Below the pieces are notes generated by a model. The model was not told the origin of the DNA. It did not search any database and saw nothing but the letters and a program-made list of their open reading frames with translations. A DNA stretch of 64,000 bases from Patescibacteria group bacterium (GTDB lineage Bacteria > Patescibacteriota > Dojkabacteria > J137): NCBI GenBank assembly GCA_963169855.1, contig CAUJCN010000002.1, positions 645,608 through 709,607 of the forward strand. The letters run 5' to 3'. The position numbers and the translations under genes were made by a program. Below are positions 10,744 to 21,745 of this stretch, piece after piece (positions within the stretch are counted from its first letter, which is position 1; the number at the start of each line of letters is the position of its first letter).

Positions 10744-13700
10744 TATTCAAGATTGATTTGAATTAAATCTCCTCCTAATTCTACACCTTTATCCGAAGAA
10801 ACTTCAGAATTCTTTAAAGAAATATTCGAAGCACTCACAGCTTCAGAAATTTCTGCAGTGTATTTTGTAATCATGGCATTAACTTTTTCACTTTGAGTTA
10901 CCACCTCCACTTTAACAGAATCACCCTGTTTAAATCCATTAGTCTTCCTTGCGGATTGAATATGTCTGATTATTTCTCTCAGAAGACCTTTCTCTAATAA
11001 TTCATCATCTAGGTTCGAATCAATACTTACACTAGTTGCATGATTCTTATCTTCAGCTGTTAAAATTCCATTGCCAGAAGATAATTCTCTCATTTCGTTT
11101 ACTTCCATAATATTTAACTCTTTCTGAAGAAGTAGTTTCATCCAGTCAGGGATTACAGGCAGTAGAGGATTAGTTGTAACTATTTCCATTCTTCGTAAAG
11201 GTTGTCTAACTTTTAATCCGTTAACAGTTCTCAACTCGTGACCCATTTCTGCGATTCTTCTTACAGCTGCCATTTCCTCTGTGTAATTTGAATATTGATC
11301 TACAAACTTCTGATCGTGTTTAGGGAATTCACAAAGATGAACTGAAATTGGAACTTCCAATCCTTCTGTCATTTCTCTATAAATCTTCTCAGAAATAAAT
11401 GGTGCAAAAGGTGCTAATAATTTTGAAGTTTCAACAAGTACATAATACAGAGTACCCATAGCTCCTTGGTTAGCATCTGCAAATCTATCTCTAGATTCTC
11501 TAATAAACCATTTAGAAGTATCATCTATCAAATCTTTCAGAGCTTTGATTGTTGCTGGAAGATCATAAGATTCCATACATTCATTTACTGATTTGATTGT
11601 TTCTTGAAGTCTTAAAAGAATCCAGATATCTAATTCATTTGTTACATTGTCGAACGGAATGTGATCCCATGGATGAGAATCGTTTTCCACCAATCTTTGG
11701 TTGTAAGCCATCTCTGGATTGGGACTCCAGTTATGCATATTTGCGTAAGTTACAAAGAAAGAATAAATGTTCCATAAAGGCAGTAGTGTTTCTTGAACTT
11801 GTGATTTCAAATCTTTTTCGGCAAAATCAATATCTCCACCTTTAAGTAGAGGACTTCCTAAGAAGTAAAGTCTCATTGCGTCTCCACCATATCTGATCAA
11901 AGTTTCCTTAGGATCAGGGTAGTTTCCGAAACTCTTGCTCATTTTTCTTCCATCTGTTCCCGCCATGTTTCCAGTACAGATAACATTTTTGAAAGGAATG
12001 TCATCAAACACTATTGTAGAAACTCTTAGTAAAACATTAAACCAAGCTCTAATTTGTCCAACGTATTCTGCAATATAGTCTGCAGGATAATTGTTTTCAA
12101 ACACCTCTTTGTTTTCAAAAGGGTAGTGGTATTCAGCAATTGGTACACTTCCTGAATCTAACCATCCGTCCATAACATCAGTAACTCTTTTGAATTCTTT
12201 ACCATCTTTAGTCAAAATGATTTGATCGCAAACGTCTCTGTGTAACCAAAGTTTCTTTTCTCCAAAGAACCATACTTTCTTTCCGTCTACTTCTTTTGCA
12301 GTAATTTCGCTGTTGTATTTAGACATTTCTTCGATACTTCCGCAAACGATTTCCTCTCCATCTGCAGCTCTCCATAAAGGCATAATTGTCGCCCAGTATC
12401 TTGTTCTAGAAATGCACCAATCTGGAGCATTCTTGATTACATCTGCAAATCTTCCATCTTTAAAGTGAGGAGGAACCCAGTTAATCTTCTGATTTAGTTC
12501 CAACATTCGGTCTTTAATTTTTTGCATGTCTACAAAGTATGCTTCTTGGGCTTTGTAGATTAAAGGATTATCTCCTCTAAAGAAAGCAACTCTGTGGTTG
12601 TAAACTTCTGATCTCAAAAGGTTTCCTTGAGTTTGGAGAGTCTCTGTAATATCTTTAACTGCACCTCTGTAGAATTTTCCTGTCCAAGGTCCAACTAAAA
12701 GATGTCCTTCGTCGTTAATATCTTGATGGCCACTTAATCCAAACTTCTTTCCAACATTGAAGTCTTCCTCTCCAAATCCTGGAGCAATGTGTAAAATTCC
12801 AGATCCATCAGTGTTTGTAACTCCTTCGTAAGCGTAGACTTTAAAGTCTTTTTCTGTAGTCTGAGGAACATAGAAATCAAAAACGGGTGTATATCCAAGT
12901 CCAACTAATTCGTTTCCTTTAAATGATTTTAGAACAATTACTTCTTTATTTTGGAAAGTATACGCAACTCTTTCTTTGTTCAATACGAATTTTTCTCCTT
13001 CGAATTCAACTAGAACATAATCGAATTCTGGATTTACAGCTAACGCAAAGTTAGAAGGAATTGTCCAAGGAGTAGTAGTCCAAGCAACAAGAGAAACTTG
13101 TTCACCTCCAAATAAATTGTTTGGGTCAGCATTGATTTTAAATTTTACGAAAATGCTTAAGTCGTCAATGTCTTTGTAGTTATTGCTCTCTGCAACTTCG
13201 AATTCGGAAACGGGAGTAGCGGTATCGGTAGAGAAAAGAGAAACTCTTCTATCTTTATAAACTAAGCCTTTATCCCACATTTGTTTGAAAACCCAAAGAA
13301 CGCTTTCGTTAAACTCTGGGTTCATTGTATAGTATGCGTTATCCATGTCTACCCATCTTCCAACAGAATCGATATACCAACCCCATTGATCAGTTACTTC
13401 TTGAATATGATCTCTACAAGCTGCTACATATTTATCAACTCCGTAAGCTTCAATTTCTTTTCTAGTATGAAGATTTAATTTCTTACTAACTTTTTCTTCT
13501 ATAGGTAGTCCGTGACAATCCCAGCCCCAAACTCTTCGAACTCTCTTTCCTCTCATTGTCCAGAATCGAGTTACTGGATCTTTAGTAATAGAGGATAGTA
13601 ACGATCCGTAGTGAGGAGTTCCTGTAACAAAAGGAGGTCCATCAATGAAAACGTATCTGTCATTTTCAGGTTTTTCGTCAATAGATCTTTGAAAAATGTT

Positions 13701-13775
13701 TTCATCTTTCCAAAATTTATTTACATCTTCTGAAAGTTTATAAAAGTCTTCTCGAGGGTTTGGTTGTTTGAACAT
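10743..13775 (-). CDS. ileS: isoleucyl-tRNA synthetase
   Basis: Class I HIGH-like PPFVTGTPHYGS, KMSKS (GRKMSKSFGN), WCISRTRYW editing/CP1 junction typical of IleS; 1010 aa. Confidence 0.93.
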   Translation of the reverse strand: MFKQPNPREDFYKLSEDVNKFWKDENIFQRSIDEKPENDRYVFIDGPPFVTGTPHYGSLLSSITKDPVTRFWTMRGKRVRRVWGWDCHGLPIEEKVSKKLNLHTRKEIEAYGVDKYVAACRDHIQEVTDQWGWYIDSVGRWVDMDNAYYTMNPEFNESVLWVFKQMWDKGLVYKDRRVSLFSTDTATPVSEFEVAESNNYKDIDDLSIFVKFKINADPNNLFGGEQVSLVAWTTTPWTIPSNFALAVNPEFDYVLVEFEGEKFVLNKERVAYTFQNKEVIVLKSFKGNELVGLGYTPVFDFYVPQTTEKDFKVYAYEGVTNTDGSGILHIAPGFGEEDFNVGKKFGLSGHQDINDEGHLLVGPWTGKFYRGAVKDITETLQTQGNLLRSEVYNHRVAFFRGDNPLIYKAQEAYFVDMQKIKDRMLELNQKINWVPPHFKDGRFADVIKNAPDWCISRTRYWATIMPLWRAADGEEIVCGSIEEMSKYNSEITAKEVDGKKVWFFGEKKLWLHRDVCDQIILTKDGKEFKRVTDVMDGWLDSGSVPIAEYHYPFENKEVFENNYPADYIAEYVGQIRAWFNVLLRVSTIVFDDIPFKNVICTGNMAGTDGRKMSKSFGNYPDPKETLIRYGGDAMRLYFLGSPLLKGGDIDFAEKDLKSQVQETLLPLWNIYSFFVTYANMHNWSPNPEMAYNQRLVENDSHPWDHIPFDNVTNELDIWILLRLQETIKSVNECMESYDLPATIKALKDLIDDTSKWFIRESRDRFADANQGAMGTLYYVLVETSKLLAPFAPFISEKIYREMTEGLEVPISVHLCEFPKHDQKFVDQYSNYTEEMAAVRRIAEMGHELRTVNGLKVRQPLRRMEIVTTNPLLPVIPDWMKLLLQKELNIMEVNEMRELSSGNGILTAEDKNHATSVSIDSNLDDELLEKGLLREIIRHIQSARKTNGFKQGDSVKVEVVTQSEKVNAMITKYTAEISEAVSASNISLKNSEVSSDKGVELGGDLIQINLE

Positions 13776-13841
13776 AAAGTTACTTTTTACAATAGCTTAT
13801 TTTATCATAATACATTATTAATACTATGATAAAATCGGCCG

Positions 13842-14552
13842 ATGGATAAAGAACCGATTAAAAAAATTGAGTCCAAATACGAGTCAAAACTTCGAGTATT
13901 TCTAAGTGCTAGAGAATACTTAATAATTTTCTTAAGTGCTATTACAGGCTTTGCAACTTTGGGATTAGCGGAATTGGAAGGAGCTGGTTATCAGAAAGAG
14001 TATATAGATAGAGTTAGACCTTTATATTCGTTCGGAGAATCTGCGCAATTTTCTGATTTAGCCGTAGAGCTTCAAGAGCTTATAACAGAGCTAGAGACTA
14101 ATCAAATTCCTTGGAGCGAAAGAATTCCAGCAATAAAAGCTCTCATTAAAATCTTCGGAGAGGAACTCCCAGAAGATCTTCCTGACACCGAGATTGAAAT
14201 TATGGCCCAACTTCACGAATACTATTTCTTACTAAAAGAAAGAAAGCTTTCAGAATTGAGCGACAAATCAAATCTTGTTATGTACGCTTTAATACTCATG
14301 TGCGTATTCGGATTAAAAGTATCTCAGTTGGAAAGGCGTTATGCAGTGCTATCTCAGGTTATAACTGAATTGAATTACTATGTGGCTGTGCAGGGTAAAA
14401 GAGGGACTGAACTCCAACGGTACTTTATGGAACTCATTCAAGATTGCCAAATAGGTCTTTATATAAACGAAGATGGCTTTTACGAAGCATCAATCGCTAA
14501 AATCAAGGACTCAGGAGGCCTTCCAATGCATACATCAGAGATGGAATTTTAA
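13842..14552 (+). CDS. hypothetical membrane protein
   Basis: ORF with one predicted TM (LIIFLSAITGFATLGLA); no recognised domain. Confidence 0.4.
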   Translation: MDKEPIKKIESKYESKLRVFLSAREYLIIFLSAITGFATLGLAELEGAGYQKEYIDRVRPLYSFGESAQFSDLAVELQELITELETNQIPWSERIPAIKALIKIFGEELPEDLPDTEIEIMAQLHEYYFLLKERKLSELSDKSNLVMYALILMCVFGLKVSQLERRYAVLSQVITELNYYVAVQGKRGTELQRYFMELIQDCQIGLYINEDGFYEASIAKIKDSGGLPMHTSEMEF

Positions 14553-14604
14553 TCATTATTCTGATTTCCTTTACAAAACTTAATTAACTCCATATAGTGT
14601 TTAT

Positions 14605-16428
14605 ATGGAAGTTTCCGAAATTCAAAATCTCACAAAATTACTAAGATTTCTATCAATAGATTCAACTACTAAGGCAGGATCTGGTCATCCAACTTCTTGC
14701 CTTTCTGCTGTTGAATTAATGGCGGCACTAGTGTGGGGCAATCACTTTAAATTTGATGTTGATTATCCAGAATATTCACATAATGATCGACTCATTTTCT
14801 CGAAAGGACATGCCGCCCCATTGTTTTATTCTCTATGGGCAGTTGCAGGAGGAATTCCATTTCAGGAATTAGATACCCTCAGAAAATTTGGAAGTAGATT
14901 AGAAGGTCATCCTACAAATAAATTTCCATTTGCAGTAGCTCCAACCGGTTCATTGGGACAAGGTTTGGCGATAGGAGCGGGCATGGCCTACAGCTATAAA
15001 TATTTAGATAACTTCAAAAATAATGTTTACGTTTTACTGGGGGACGGAGAGACAGAAGAAGGGTCGATCTGGGAAACAGCAATGTTTGCAGCTCACTATA
15101 AGCTTAATAATTTAATTGCAATTTTGGATGTAAACAGACTAGAGCAGGTGGCAGAAACCATGGCTGGTTGGGATTTGAATAGTTATGTTCAGAAATTTCA
15201 AGCCTTCGGCTGGGAAGTAATTTCTGAGGAAAATGGTAATGATTTTGAATCTGTAACAAAGGCTTACGATTCACTTCTTCAAAATAATTCGGATAAACCA
15301 AAGATATTAATAGCGAAAACATCGAAAGGGGCAGGAATTTCTTTTCTAGAAAACAAGGAAGATGCTCACGGAAAAGCATTAAATCAAGAAAAATATGAAG
15401 CTGCTTTGTTGGAATTGGGTTCGGTAGAAAAGAAACTTTATCCTTTGAAGAAACCGGGCGAATTTTTGGAAAGATATATAGAAGAACCCAAATCAGTAAA
15501 TAGACTAGACCTATCGTCAGAAGATAAAATTTCAACAAGAAAAATATATGGAAAAGTGCTTTCAAATATTTACGAATCTGGACACAATATAGTTGTGTTA
15601 GACGGTGGTGTGAGTAATTCCACCTATGCAGAAGATTTTAAGAAGGCTCATCCCGAAAGATATATTGAATGTTTTATACAGGAGCAAAATATGGTTGGAG
15701 TTGCATTAGGGTTAGAAAGAACAGGTAAAATTCCATTTGTTTCTACATTTGCAGTTTTCTTCACAAGAGCATACGACCAACTTAGAATGTCCGCATTAGC
15801 AGAAGCCAACATCAAGATTGTTGGAACACATGCAGGAGTGGCTATAGGAGAAGATGGCCCATCTCAAATGGGAATGGAAGATTTAGCATTGGCAAGATCC
15901 CTATGGAATTCAACAATTTACTATCCTTCAGATGTTTACGAAGCTGAGCAAGCTTTAATCGAAGCAGCGACTAACGAAGGGATTTTCTATATTAGGTTAG
16001 GAAGAAGCGATACGGAGAAACTTCATAAACAAGGAGATGAGATTAGAGAATCTACAATTTATTCTGAGCAAAGTAATATTAAGCTTATCTCTTCTGGGGA
16101 AACACTTTTAGAAGCAATCAAGGCAGGAGAGCAGCTCAAATCTGAAGGCATCTCTGTTCAGGTTATTGGATTGCTAAAACTAAAACCAATGGCCGATTTA
16201 ACTGCTCTCGATTTAGACAGTAATACAATCGTTTTGACAGTAGAGGACCATTACGAGGCAGGAGGTTTAGGAGAAGCGGTAAAAAGTGAGTTAGCTTCTC
16301 AGGGAGTTCAGATTCATTCGATGTTTATAAATAGACTGGCGGAAAGCGGATCGAAAGAGGATCTTTATATGTATGAAGGTTTAAATTCCTCTAGTATTGT
16401 AAAAAAAATCAAAGAGATCGTGGGGTAA
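14605..16428 (+). CDS. tkt: transketolase (single-chain)
   Basis: TPP-binding GSGHPTSCLSAVELMAAL, GDGETEEGSIWE; C-terminal pyrimidine-binding and C domains. Confidence 0.9.
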   Translation: MEVSEIQNLTKLLRFLSIDSTTKAGSGHPTSCLSAVELMAALVWGNHFKFDVDYPEYSHNDRLIFSKGHAAPLFYSLWAVAGGIPFQELDTLRKFGSRLEGHPTNKFPFAVAPTGSLGQGLAIGAGMAYSYKYLDNFKNNVYVLLGDGETEEGSIWETAMFAAHYKLNNLIAILDVNRLEQVAETMAGWDLNSYVQKFQAFGWEVISEENGNDFESVTKAYDSLLQNNSDKPKILIAKTSKGAGISFLENKEDAHGKALNQEKYEAALLELGSVEKKLYPLKKPGEFLERYIEEPKSVNRLDLSSEDKISTRKIYGKVLSNIYESGHNIVVLDGGVSNSTYAEDFKKAHPERYIECFIQEQNMVGVALGLERTGKIPFVSTFAVFFTRAYDQLRMSALAEANIKIVGTHAGVAIGEDGPSQMGMEDLALARSLWNSTIYYPSDVYEAEQALIEAATNEGIFYIRLGRSDTEKLHKQGDEIRESTIYSEQSNIKLISSGETLLEAIKAGEQLKSEGISVQVIGLLKLKPMADLTALDLDSNTIVLTVEDHYEAGGLGEAVKSELASQGVQIHSMFINRLAESGSKEDLYMYEGLNSSSIVKKIKEIVG

Positions 16429-16481
16429 TTTCTAGAATCTATTTTTTAATCTTATAGTCTTTTTTATTTTAATCTTTTTTC

Positions 16482-17693
16482 ATGACACCACTTTTAATTC
16501 TATTCGGTGCTACAGGAGACTTGGCTTCTCGAAAACTAATCCCATCGCTTTACTACATGTTTACCCAGGGAACTCTAAAGGGAAGGAGAATAGTAAGCGT
16601 GGCTAGAAGAGATTTGTCAGGAGAAAAGTATCACGAGTTTTTAAAGGAGAGCTTGTCTAAGGTCGGAAAATATGACGAAACCGATTTTAAAGCGTTTTGT
16701 GGCCATTTTGAATATTTCCAGCTAGACTTCAGTTCTCAAGATAGTTACGTTAAGCTATCGGAACTGCTAGATGGTCCTTATTGCAATTACACTAAATTCT
16801 TCTACCTAGCAGTTCCTCAGAATATTTATGTAGAGATTCTGCAAAATCTTTCTTCTAGTGGATTGGGACAAGGTGATGCAAGAATTATAATCGAGAAGCC
16901 TTTTGGTTTTGACCGAAAATCTTTTGACGAACTGGAGTTAGTTTTGTCCCAATTTGTGTCCGAAAGTCACATTTATAGGATAGATCATTACTTAGGAAAG
17001 TCAATTTTAAGAAGTTTGCCAAGATTTATTCCGAATCGAGATCAAATCTCTGAAGTTTACGTTAACTCTAACGAAATTCTGGGGGTAGAGAACCGAGGAG
17101 ACTTCTACGACATTAACGGTGCTTTTCGAGATGTCGGAGGTAACCACCTGTTAGAAGCCTTTGCTCTAATATTCAAGGAAGAACAAGACAGATTGGAATC
17201 TCTAAAACAGATAGTTACACCTTCCGACGAAGAAATTGTAAGCTCATCAAGGATAGGGCAATACGAGGGATACTCAGAAATTGAAGGTGTTCAAGACGGT
17301 TCAATCACAGAGACGTATTTCAACATTACTTTAAAAACAAAAGACGGGATTAAATTAAATTTAGAAGGAGGTAAAGGACTCGCTGAAATAAAAAAGTATG
17401 TAAAAGTGATTTATAAGGATAATTCGGGATTCTATGTGGATTATGGACCTGACCAAAAGGTCTGCGAGATAAAGGACGGGGAAGAATTCGTTTGCTATGA
17501 CTTCGAAGATTCAAAAGACCATTACGTTAGAGAGTACGCTATGCTTTTAGAAGAAGCATTTAAATCAAATAAAGAGTATTTTATTTCCAATGAAGAAGTT
17601 GAGGAGCAGTGGAGAATTACAGACGCAATTCTAAAAGTTTGGAGGGACAGGAAGGTAAATTTATTTAAATATAAGAAAGGAGAAAAAATATGA
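16482..17693 (+). CDS. zwf: glucose-6-phosphate 1-dehydrogenase
   Basis: N-terminal LILFGATGDLASRKLIPSLY; G6PD active-site motif RIDHYLGK. Confidence 0.9.
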   Translation: MTPLLILFGATGDLASRKLIPSLYYMFTQGTLKGRRIVSVARRDLSGEKYHEFLKESLSKVGKYDETDFKAFCGHFEYFQLDFSSQDSYVKLSELLDGPYCNYTKFFYLAVPQNIYVEILQNLSSSGLGQGDARIIIEKPFGFDRKSFDELELVLSQFVSESHIYRIDHYLGKSILRSLPRFIPNRDQISEVYVNSNEILGVENRGDFYDINGAFRDVGGNHLLEAFALIFKEEQDRLESLKQIVTPSDEEIVSSSRIGQYEGYSEIEGVQDGSITETYFNITLKTKDGIKLNLEGGKGLAEIKKYVKVIYKDNSGFYVDYGPDQKVCEIKDGEEFVCYDFEDSKDHYVREYAMLLEEAFKSNKEYFISNEEVEEQWRITDAILKVWRDRKVNLFKYKKGEKI

Positions 17694-18598
17694 ATCAATC
17701 AATAGTAATAGTTGGACTTGGAAAAATGGGTTCAGCATTTGCAAGAAATTTAGTAGACAAGAGAGTAGTCCCAATTTTATTTAATCGAACACATTCTATA
17801 GCGGAAGATTTAAGTACAGAGTTGGGTGCTACAAGCATCATGGATTTATCTGAGATTGCAAAAATAAAGACTCCTAGGATTGTCGCTACATTTCTTCCAG
17901 GAGGAGAAGCAACTAACGAAATTTACTTCGGCGAAAATGGGATTTTTAACCACCTAAATCCAGGTGATTCGGTAATCGACTTTTCCAATGGACATTTTTC
18001 GGACGATATTTCACGTGTGACCGAATTTGACCAAAAAGAAATCAATTACTTTGATTGTGGAATTTCTGGTGGTCCGAATGGAGCACAGTTTGCGCCATGT
18101 ATGATGGTGGGTGGAAAATCCGAAGCGTTTGAATCGATAAAAGAATTATTTGAAATAGCAGTTTCAAAAGGGGGTGGCTATCAACTAGTGGGGGATTCTG
18201 GAGCAGGTCACTTCGCTAAAATGGTTCATAATGGAATAGAGTACGGAATGATGCAATCAATCGCGGAAGGATTTAATATGCTTAAAAACTCTGATTACGA
18301 TTTCAATTTACAAAAGATCGCTGATCTTTATTCAAAGGGAAGTGTGATTGAGTCTAAATTAATTGATTCTTTGAAAGAAGGTTTTGGACAATATGGAGAT
18401 TTGTCCGAATTTAGTGGGATCGTAGAGAATACTGGAACGGGGCAGTGGTTTGTAGAGGAAGCCAAAAAGAAGTCTTTAGATCATCAATCTATCGAAGCAG
18501 CAGTTGATTTTAGGCTAAATTCACCTAATCATATGACTTTTACGGGTAAAATCCTCTCTGTAATGCGTTCTATCTTTGGAGGACACTCAATCGTATGA
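17690..18598 (+). CDS. gnd: 6-phosphogluconate dehydrogenase (decarboxylating), short-chain form
   Basis: Rossmann IVGLGKMGSAFARNL; MVHNGIEYGMMQSIAEGF catalytic-domain motif; overlaps zwf stop (ATGA). Confidence 0.8.
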   Translation: MNQSIVIVGLGKMGSAFARNLVDKRVVPILFNRTHSIAEDLSTELGATSIMDLSEIAKIKTPRIVATFLPGGEATNEIYFGENGIFNHLNPGDSVIDFSNGHFSDDISRVTEFDQKEINYFDCGISGGPNGAQFAPCMMVGGKSEAFESIKELFEIAVSKGGGYQLVGDSGAGHFAKMVHNGIEYGMMQSIAEGFNMLKNSDYDFNLQKIADLYSKGSVIESKLIDSLKEGFGQYGDLSEFSGIVENTGTGQWFVEEAKKKSLDHQSIEAAVDFRLNSPNHMTFTGKILSVMRSIFGGHSIV

Positions 18599-19449
18599 AA
18601 CCACAAGGATTACAGACACTAATCTATCTTGATGGCTGTGACGCTAAGGATACGCAAGAGATCAAAAATGAACTAGGATTTCTGGATGGACAGACTACAA
18701 ACCCTACATTACTCAGTAAAAATAGTGATATTAGAAAGATGCTTGATTCTGGTAAGAAATTCTCAGAATCGGAATTGTTAGAACTATATAAGTCTGAAAT
18801 TCAGAGAATTGACTCAATTATAGGAGGAGGATCAATATCTGTAGAGGTTTACGCTGATGATACGAGTACAGTAGAAGATCTTGTAGCTCAAGGTCTCAAA
18901 TTCTCCAAGTGGGCAAAGAATATCCATGTTAAAGTTCCTGCGACATTAATTGGGTTGGGTGCTATGAATAAATTACTAAATTCGGGTATTCAGGTTAATG
19001 TAACGCTTTGTTTCTCGCAAGAGCAAGGTGCTGCTATAAGTGCCCTAAGCAGGGGGTTTGATAACGTTTACGTATCACCTTTTATAGGCAGGCTGGACGA
19101 TATTGGTCAAGATGGAATGAGCTTGGTAGAGAATATCTATAGAATGTATTCTGAACAAAACGACCATCACGTAAGAACTTTAGCAGCTAGCGTCAGAGAC
19201 GTTTCTCAGCTAGTCAGAGCAATTGAGGTAGGAGCTGAAATAGTTACTGCTTCAAAAAAGGTGCTTATCGAGTGGAAAGATCGAGGATTCCCTTTAAAAT
19301 TAGATCAAGAATACCAGAGAAAAGGAAGTCCGATTCCATACCAAGACTTCCCTTTGGACGAACCTTTGAACTTCTATAATCTTAATCACGAATTGACTTC
19401 AAAAGGTCAGACCCAATTCGCTGAAGATTGGAAGAGCATGATAGAATAG
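18595..19449 (+). CDS. tal: transaldolase/fructose-6-phosphate aldolase family
   Basis: TTNPTLL motif (transaldolase TTNPSL), Schiff-base Lys region; 4-bp overlap with gnd. Confidence 0.75.
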   Translation: MKPQGLQTLIYLDGCDAKDTQEIKNELGFLDGQTTNPTLLSKNSDIRKMLDSGKKFSESELLELYKSEIQRIDSIIGGGSISVEVYADDTSTVEDLVAQGLKFSKWAKNIHVKVPATLIGLGAMNKLLNSGIQVNVTLCFSQEQGAAISALSRGFDNVYVSPFIGRLDDIGQDGMSLVENIYRMYSEQNDHHVRTLAASVRDVSQLVRAIEVGAEIVTASKKVLIEWKDRGFPLKLDQEYQRKGSPIPYQDFPLDEPLNFYNLNHELTSKGQTQFAEDWKSMIE

Positions 19450-19453
19450 CTCT

Positions 19454-20383
19454 ATGAAAACAAGGACACTTTTCTTCGGTTCGGGCAGTTTTGCCAAAGA
19501 AATTTTGAAGACTCTCACAGAGTTAGATTTTGTAGAACTTGTTGGTGTTGTAACTCAACCAGACAAACCGTTCGGTAGAAAAAAGGAACTTAAGCCTACG
19601 GAGCTTGGAGAATATGCACAGTCATTAAATTTATCGCCAATTTTTAAACCTGAGAGAATAAAGCTGGAGGGAGAATCTATTCTTGATCAAACGCAACCAG
19701 AACTTATTATAGTTGCTGCATATGGTCAGATAATTCCTAACTTCGTTCTAGAATATCCTAAGTACAAATGCTTGAATCTACATGGCTCAATTCTGCCTGA
19801 GTTGAGAGGTGCTGTGCCTGTTCAAATGTCGATTCTCCAAGGATTAACCGAGACAGGGACAACTCTTCAGATAATGTCGGAAAAAATGGATGAAGGAGAT
19901 ATAGTGAGAAGCTCGAAAATTGAAATCCGGAATTCGAAAAATGCTGAGGATCTAATGTCTGAACTTAGTATTTTGGGAGCTCAGATTTTAAAAGATTGTT
20001 TGCAAGATTATGTAGACGGAAAAATAACTCCCGTTCCTCAGGATCATTCAAAAGCGACGTACTGTTACAAAGAAGATTTGGCTAAAGAAAAAGCTGAGAT
20101 CACCTCAGAAACTTCAATTGATGTTGCCGAGAGGATGGTAAGGGCTTTCTACCCTTGGCCATTAGCTTGGTTTAAGAATAAGGAAGAAAAGATAATTCAG
20201 ATTCACGAAGCTGTTTTGTCAGCATTTAATCCAAACTTACCCGCGATGACTTTGTTCAGGAAGGATAAATCGCTTTTCTTGCAGCTTAAAGATGGAGTTT
20301 TGGAACTTAAAAGAGTAAAGCTCGAAGGTAAGCCAGAAATGGGTTCGCCAGAGTATTTGTTCATGTCCGAATCTAATCTATGA
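19454..20383 (+). CDS. fmt: methionyl-tRNA formyltransferase
   Basis: Formyl_trans_N with LNLHGSILPELRGAVPVQ (canonical NxHxSLLPxxRG) plus C-terminal domain. Confidence 0.9.
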   Translation: MKTRTLFFGSGSFAKEILKTLTELDFVELVGVVTQPDKPFGRKKELKPTELGEYAQSLNLSPIFKPERIKLEGESILDQTQPELIIVAAYGQIIPNFVLEYPKYKCLNLHGSILPELRGAVPVQMSILQGLTETGTTLQIMSEKMDEGDIVRSSKIEIRNSKNAEDLMSELSILGAQILKDCLQDYVDGKITPVPQDHSKATYCYKEDLAKEKAEITSETSIDVAERMVRAFYPWPLAWFKNKEEKIIQIHEAVLSAFNPNLPAMTLFRKDKSLFLQLKDGVLELKRVKLEGKPEMGSPEYLFMSESNL

Positions 20384-21672
20384 CCCCTGTAGAATCCAAA
20401 TCTAAAAGAATCTACGCTTTAGTAGATTGCAACAATTTCTACGCTTCCTGTGAGCGTTTGTTCCGTCCAGAGCTTAATGGAAAACCTGTAGTTGTTCTTT
20501 CTAATAACGATGGATGCGTAATTGCTAGATCAAATGAAGCAAAGGACTTGGGAATTCCTATGGGAGCTGCAGCATTCAAGTTTAGAGATATTTTCGAAAA
20601 ATATAATATTAACCTATTTTCGACAAACTTCACTCTTTATGGAGATATTTCGAACAGAGTAATGAGTCTTCTGCGGGAAATGTCTCCGCAGCTAGAAATA
20701 TATTCTGTAGATGAAGCGTTTATGATTTTTGATAATGCAGGTTTCGACATAGAGGAATACTGTAGAAAAACAGTAGATAGAGTTTACAAGGAAGTCGGAA
20801 TTCCTATTTCAATTGGAATCGCAAAAACAAAAACATTAGCGAAGCTTGGGAATAAAATTGCTAAGGATAATCCAACTATATATAAAGGAGTATTTAATTT
20901 TGAAACCGTGGAAAGCATGGATGACATACTGAGGCCTTTGAGAGTGGAGAAAGTTTGGGGAATCGGGAGAAAAAATACGAAGAGGTTAAACGAGCTTGGG
21001 ATTTATAATGTTCTGGAGCTAAAAAATGCTGATAGAGCAGTGATAAAGAGTTTTCTTACGGTTTCGGGAGAAAGAACTTTGTTGGAGCTAAATGGAATTC
21101 CTTGCATAGAAATGGAAGAGTCTGAAATTAAAAATACCATACTTACCTCCAGAACTTTCGCTAAAACAACTAATGATTTAAAACATCTTAAAGAAGCAGT
21201 CTCTAGTTTTGCCTCGCGTGCTGCAGAAAAGCTAAGAATGGATGAATGTGCTTGCACCTTTGTGACTGTTTATATCTCGACGAACTACCATAAAGAGACA
21301 GACGATCAGTATGAAGCGTCTTGGACAGAAACTTCGATTAGCCCAATAAACTATACTCCCAATATTATTAAATTGGGTATGGAGGCTCTGAAGAAAATTT
21401 ATAAACCTGAATTCAAATACAAGAGGTTAGGAATAGTTTTATCGGGGATTGTTCCTGCGTCCGAAACAGTGGTTAGTTTATTTCAGACAAATGAAGACCA
21501 AAAAGTAAAAGAAAATATTTTAGGTGGTTTGATAGACAAAATAAATAGTGTGGAGGGGAGAGACTTTGTCAGATTTGCTTCCTCGGGTCATGGAGATGCC
21601 TGGAGAATGGGACAACATATGGTTTCAAACCGATATACGACCGATTGGAATGAGTTGCTAGAAATTGAATGA
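20380..21672 (+). CDS. Y-family DNA polymerase (DinB/UmuC-like)
   Basis: N-terminal ALVDCNNFYASCE, VVVLSNNDGCVIARSNEAK (IMS/UmuC family). Confidence 0.9.
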   Translation: MTPVESKSKRIYALVDCNNFYASCERLFRPELNGKPVVVLSNNDGCVIARSNEAKDLGIPMGAAAFKFRDIFEKYNINLFSTNFTLYGDISNRVMSLLREMSPQLEIYSVDEAFMIFDNAGFDIEEYCRKTVDRVYKEVGIPISIGIAKTKTLAKLGNKIAKDNPTIYKGVFNFETVESMDDILRPLRVEKVWGIGRKNTKRLNELGIYNVLELKNADRAVIKSFLTVSGERTLLELNGIPCIEMEESEIKNTILTSRTFAKTTNDLKHLKEAVSSFASRAAEKLRMDECACTFVTVYISTNYHKETDDQYEASWTETSISPINYTPNIIKLGMEALKKIYKPEFKYKRLGIVLSGIVPASETVVSLFQTNEDQKVKENILGGLIDKINSVEGRDFVRFASSGHGDAWRMGQHMVSNRYTTDWNELLEIE

Positions 21673-21745
21673 TTCGGACTTGAAATTGTCCCAAATATTT
21701 ACTATACTTTCTTAAGAATTTTATAGATATTAATTATTTATTTGT

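Noticed and set aside
15104-15565. 153-aa minus-strand ORF inside tkt
   Set aside because: Antisense to a strongly supported transketolase; the hydrophobic, L-rich translation is an artefact of AT-rich antisense.
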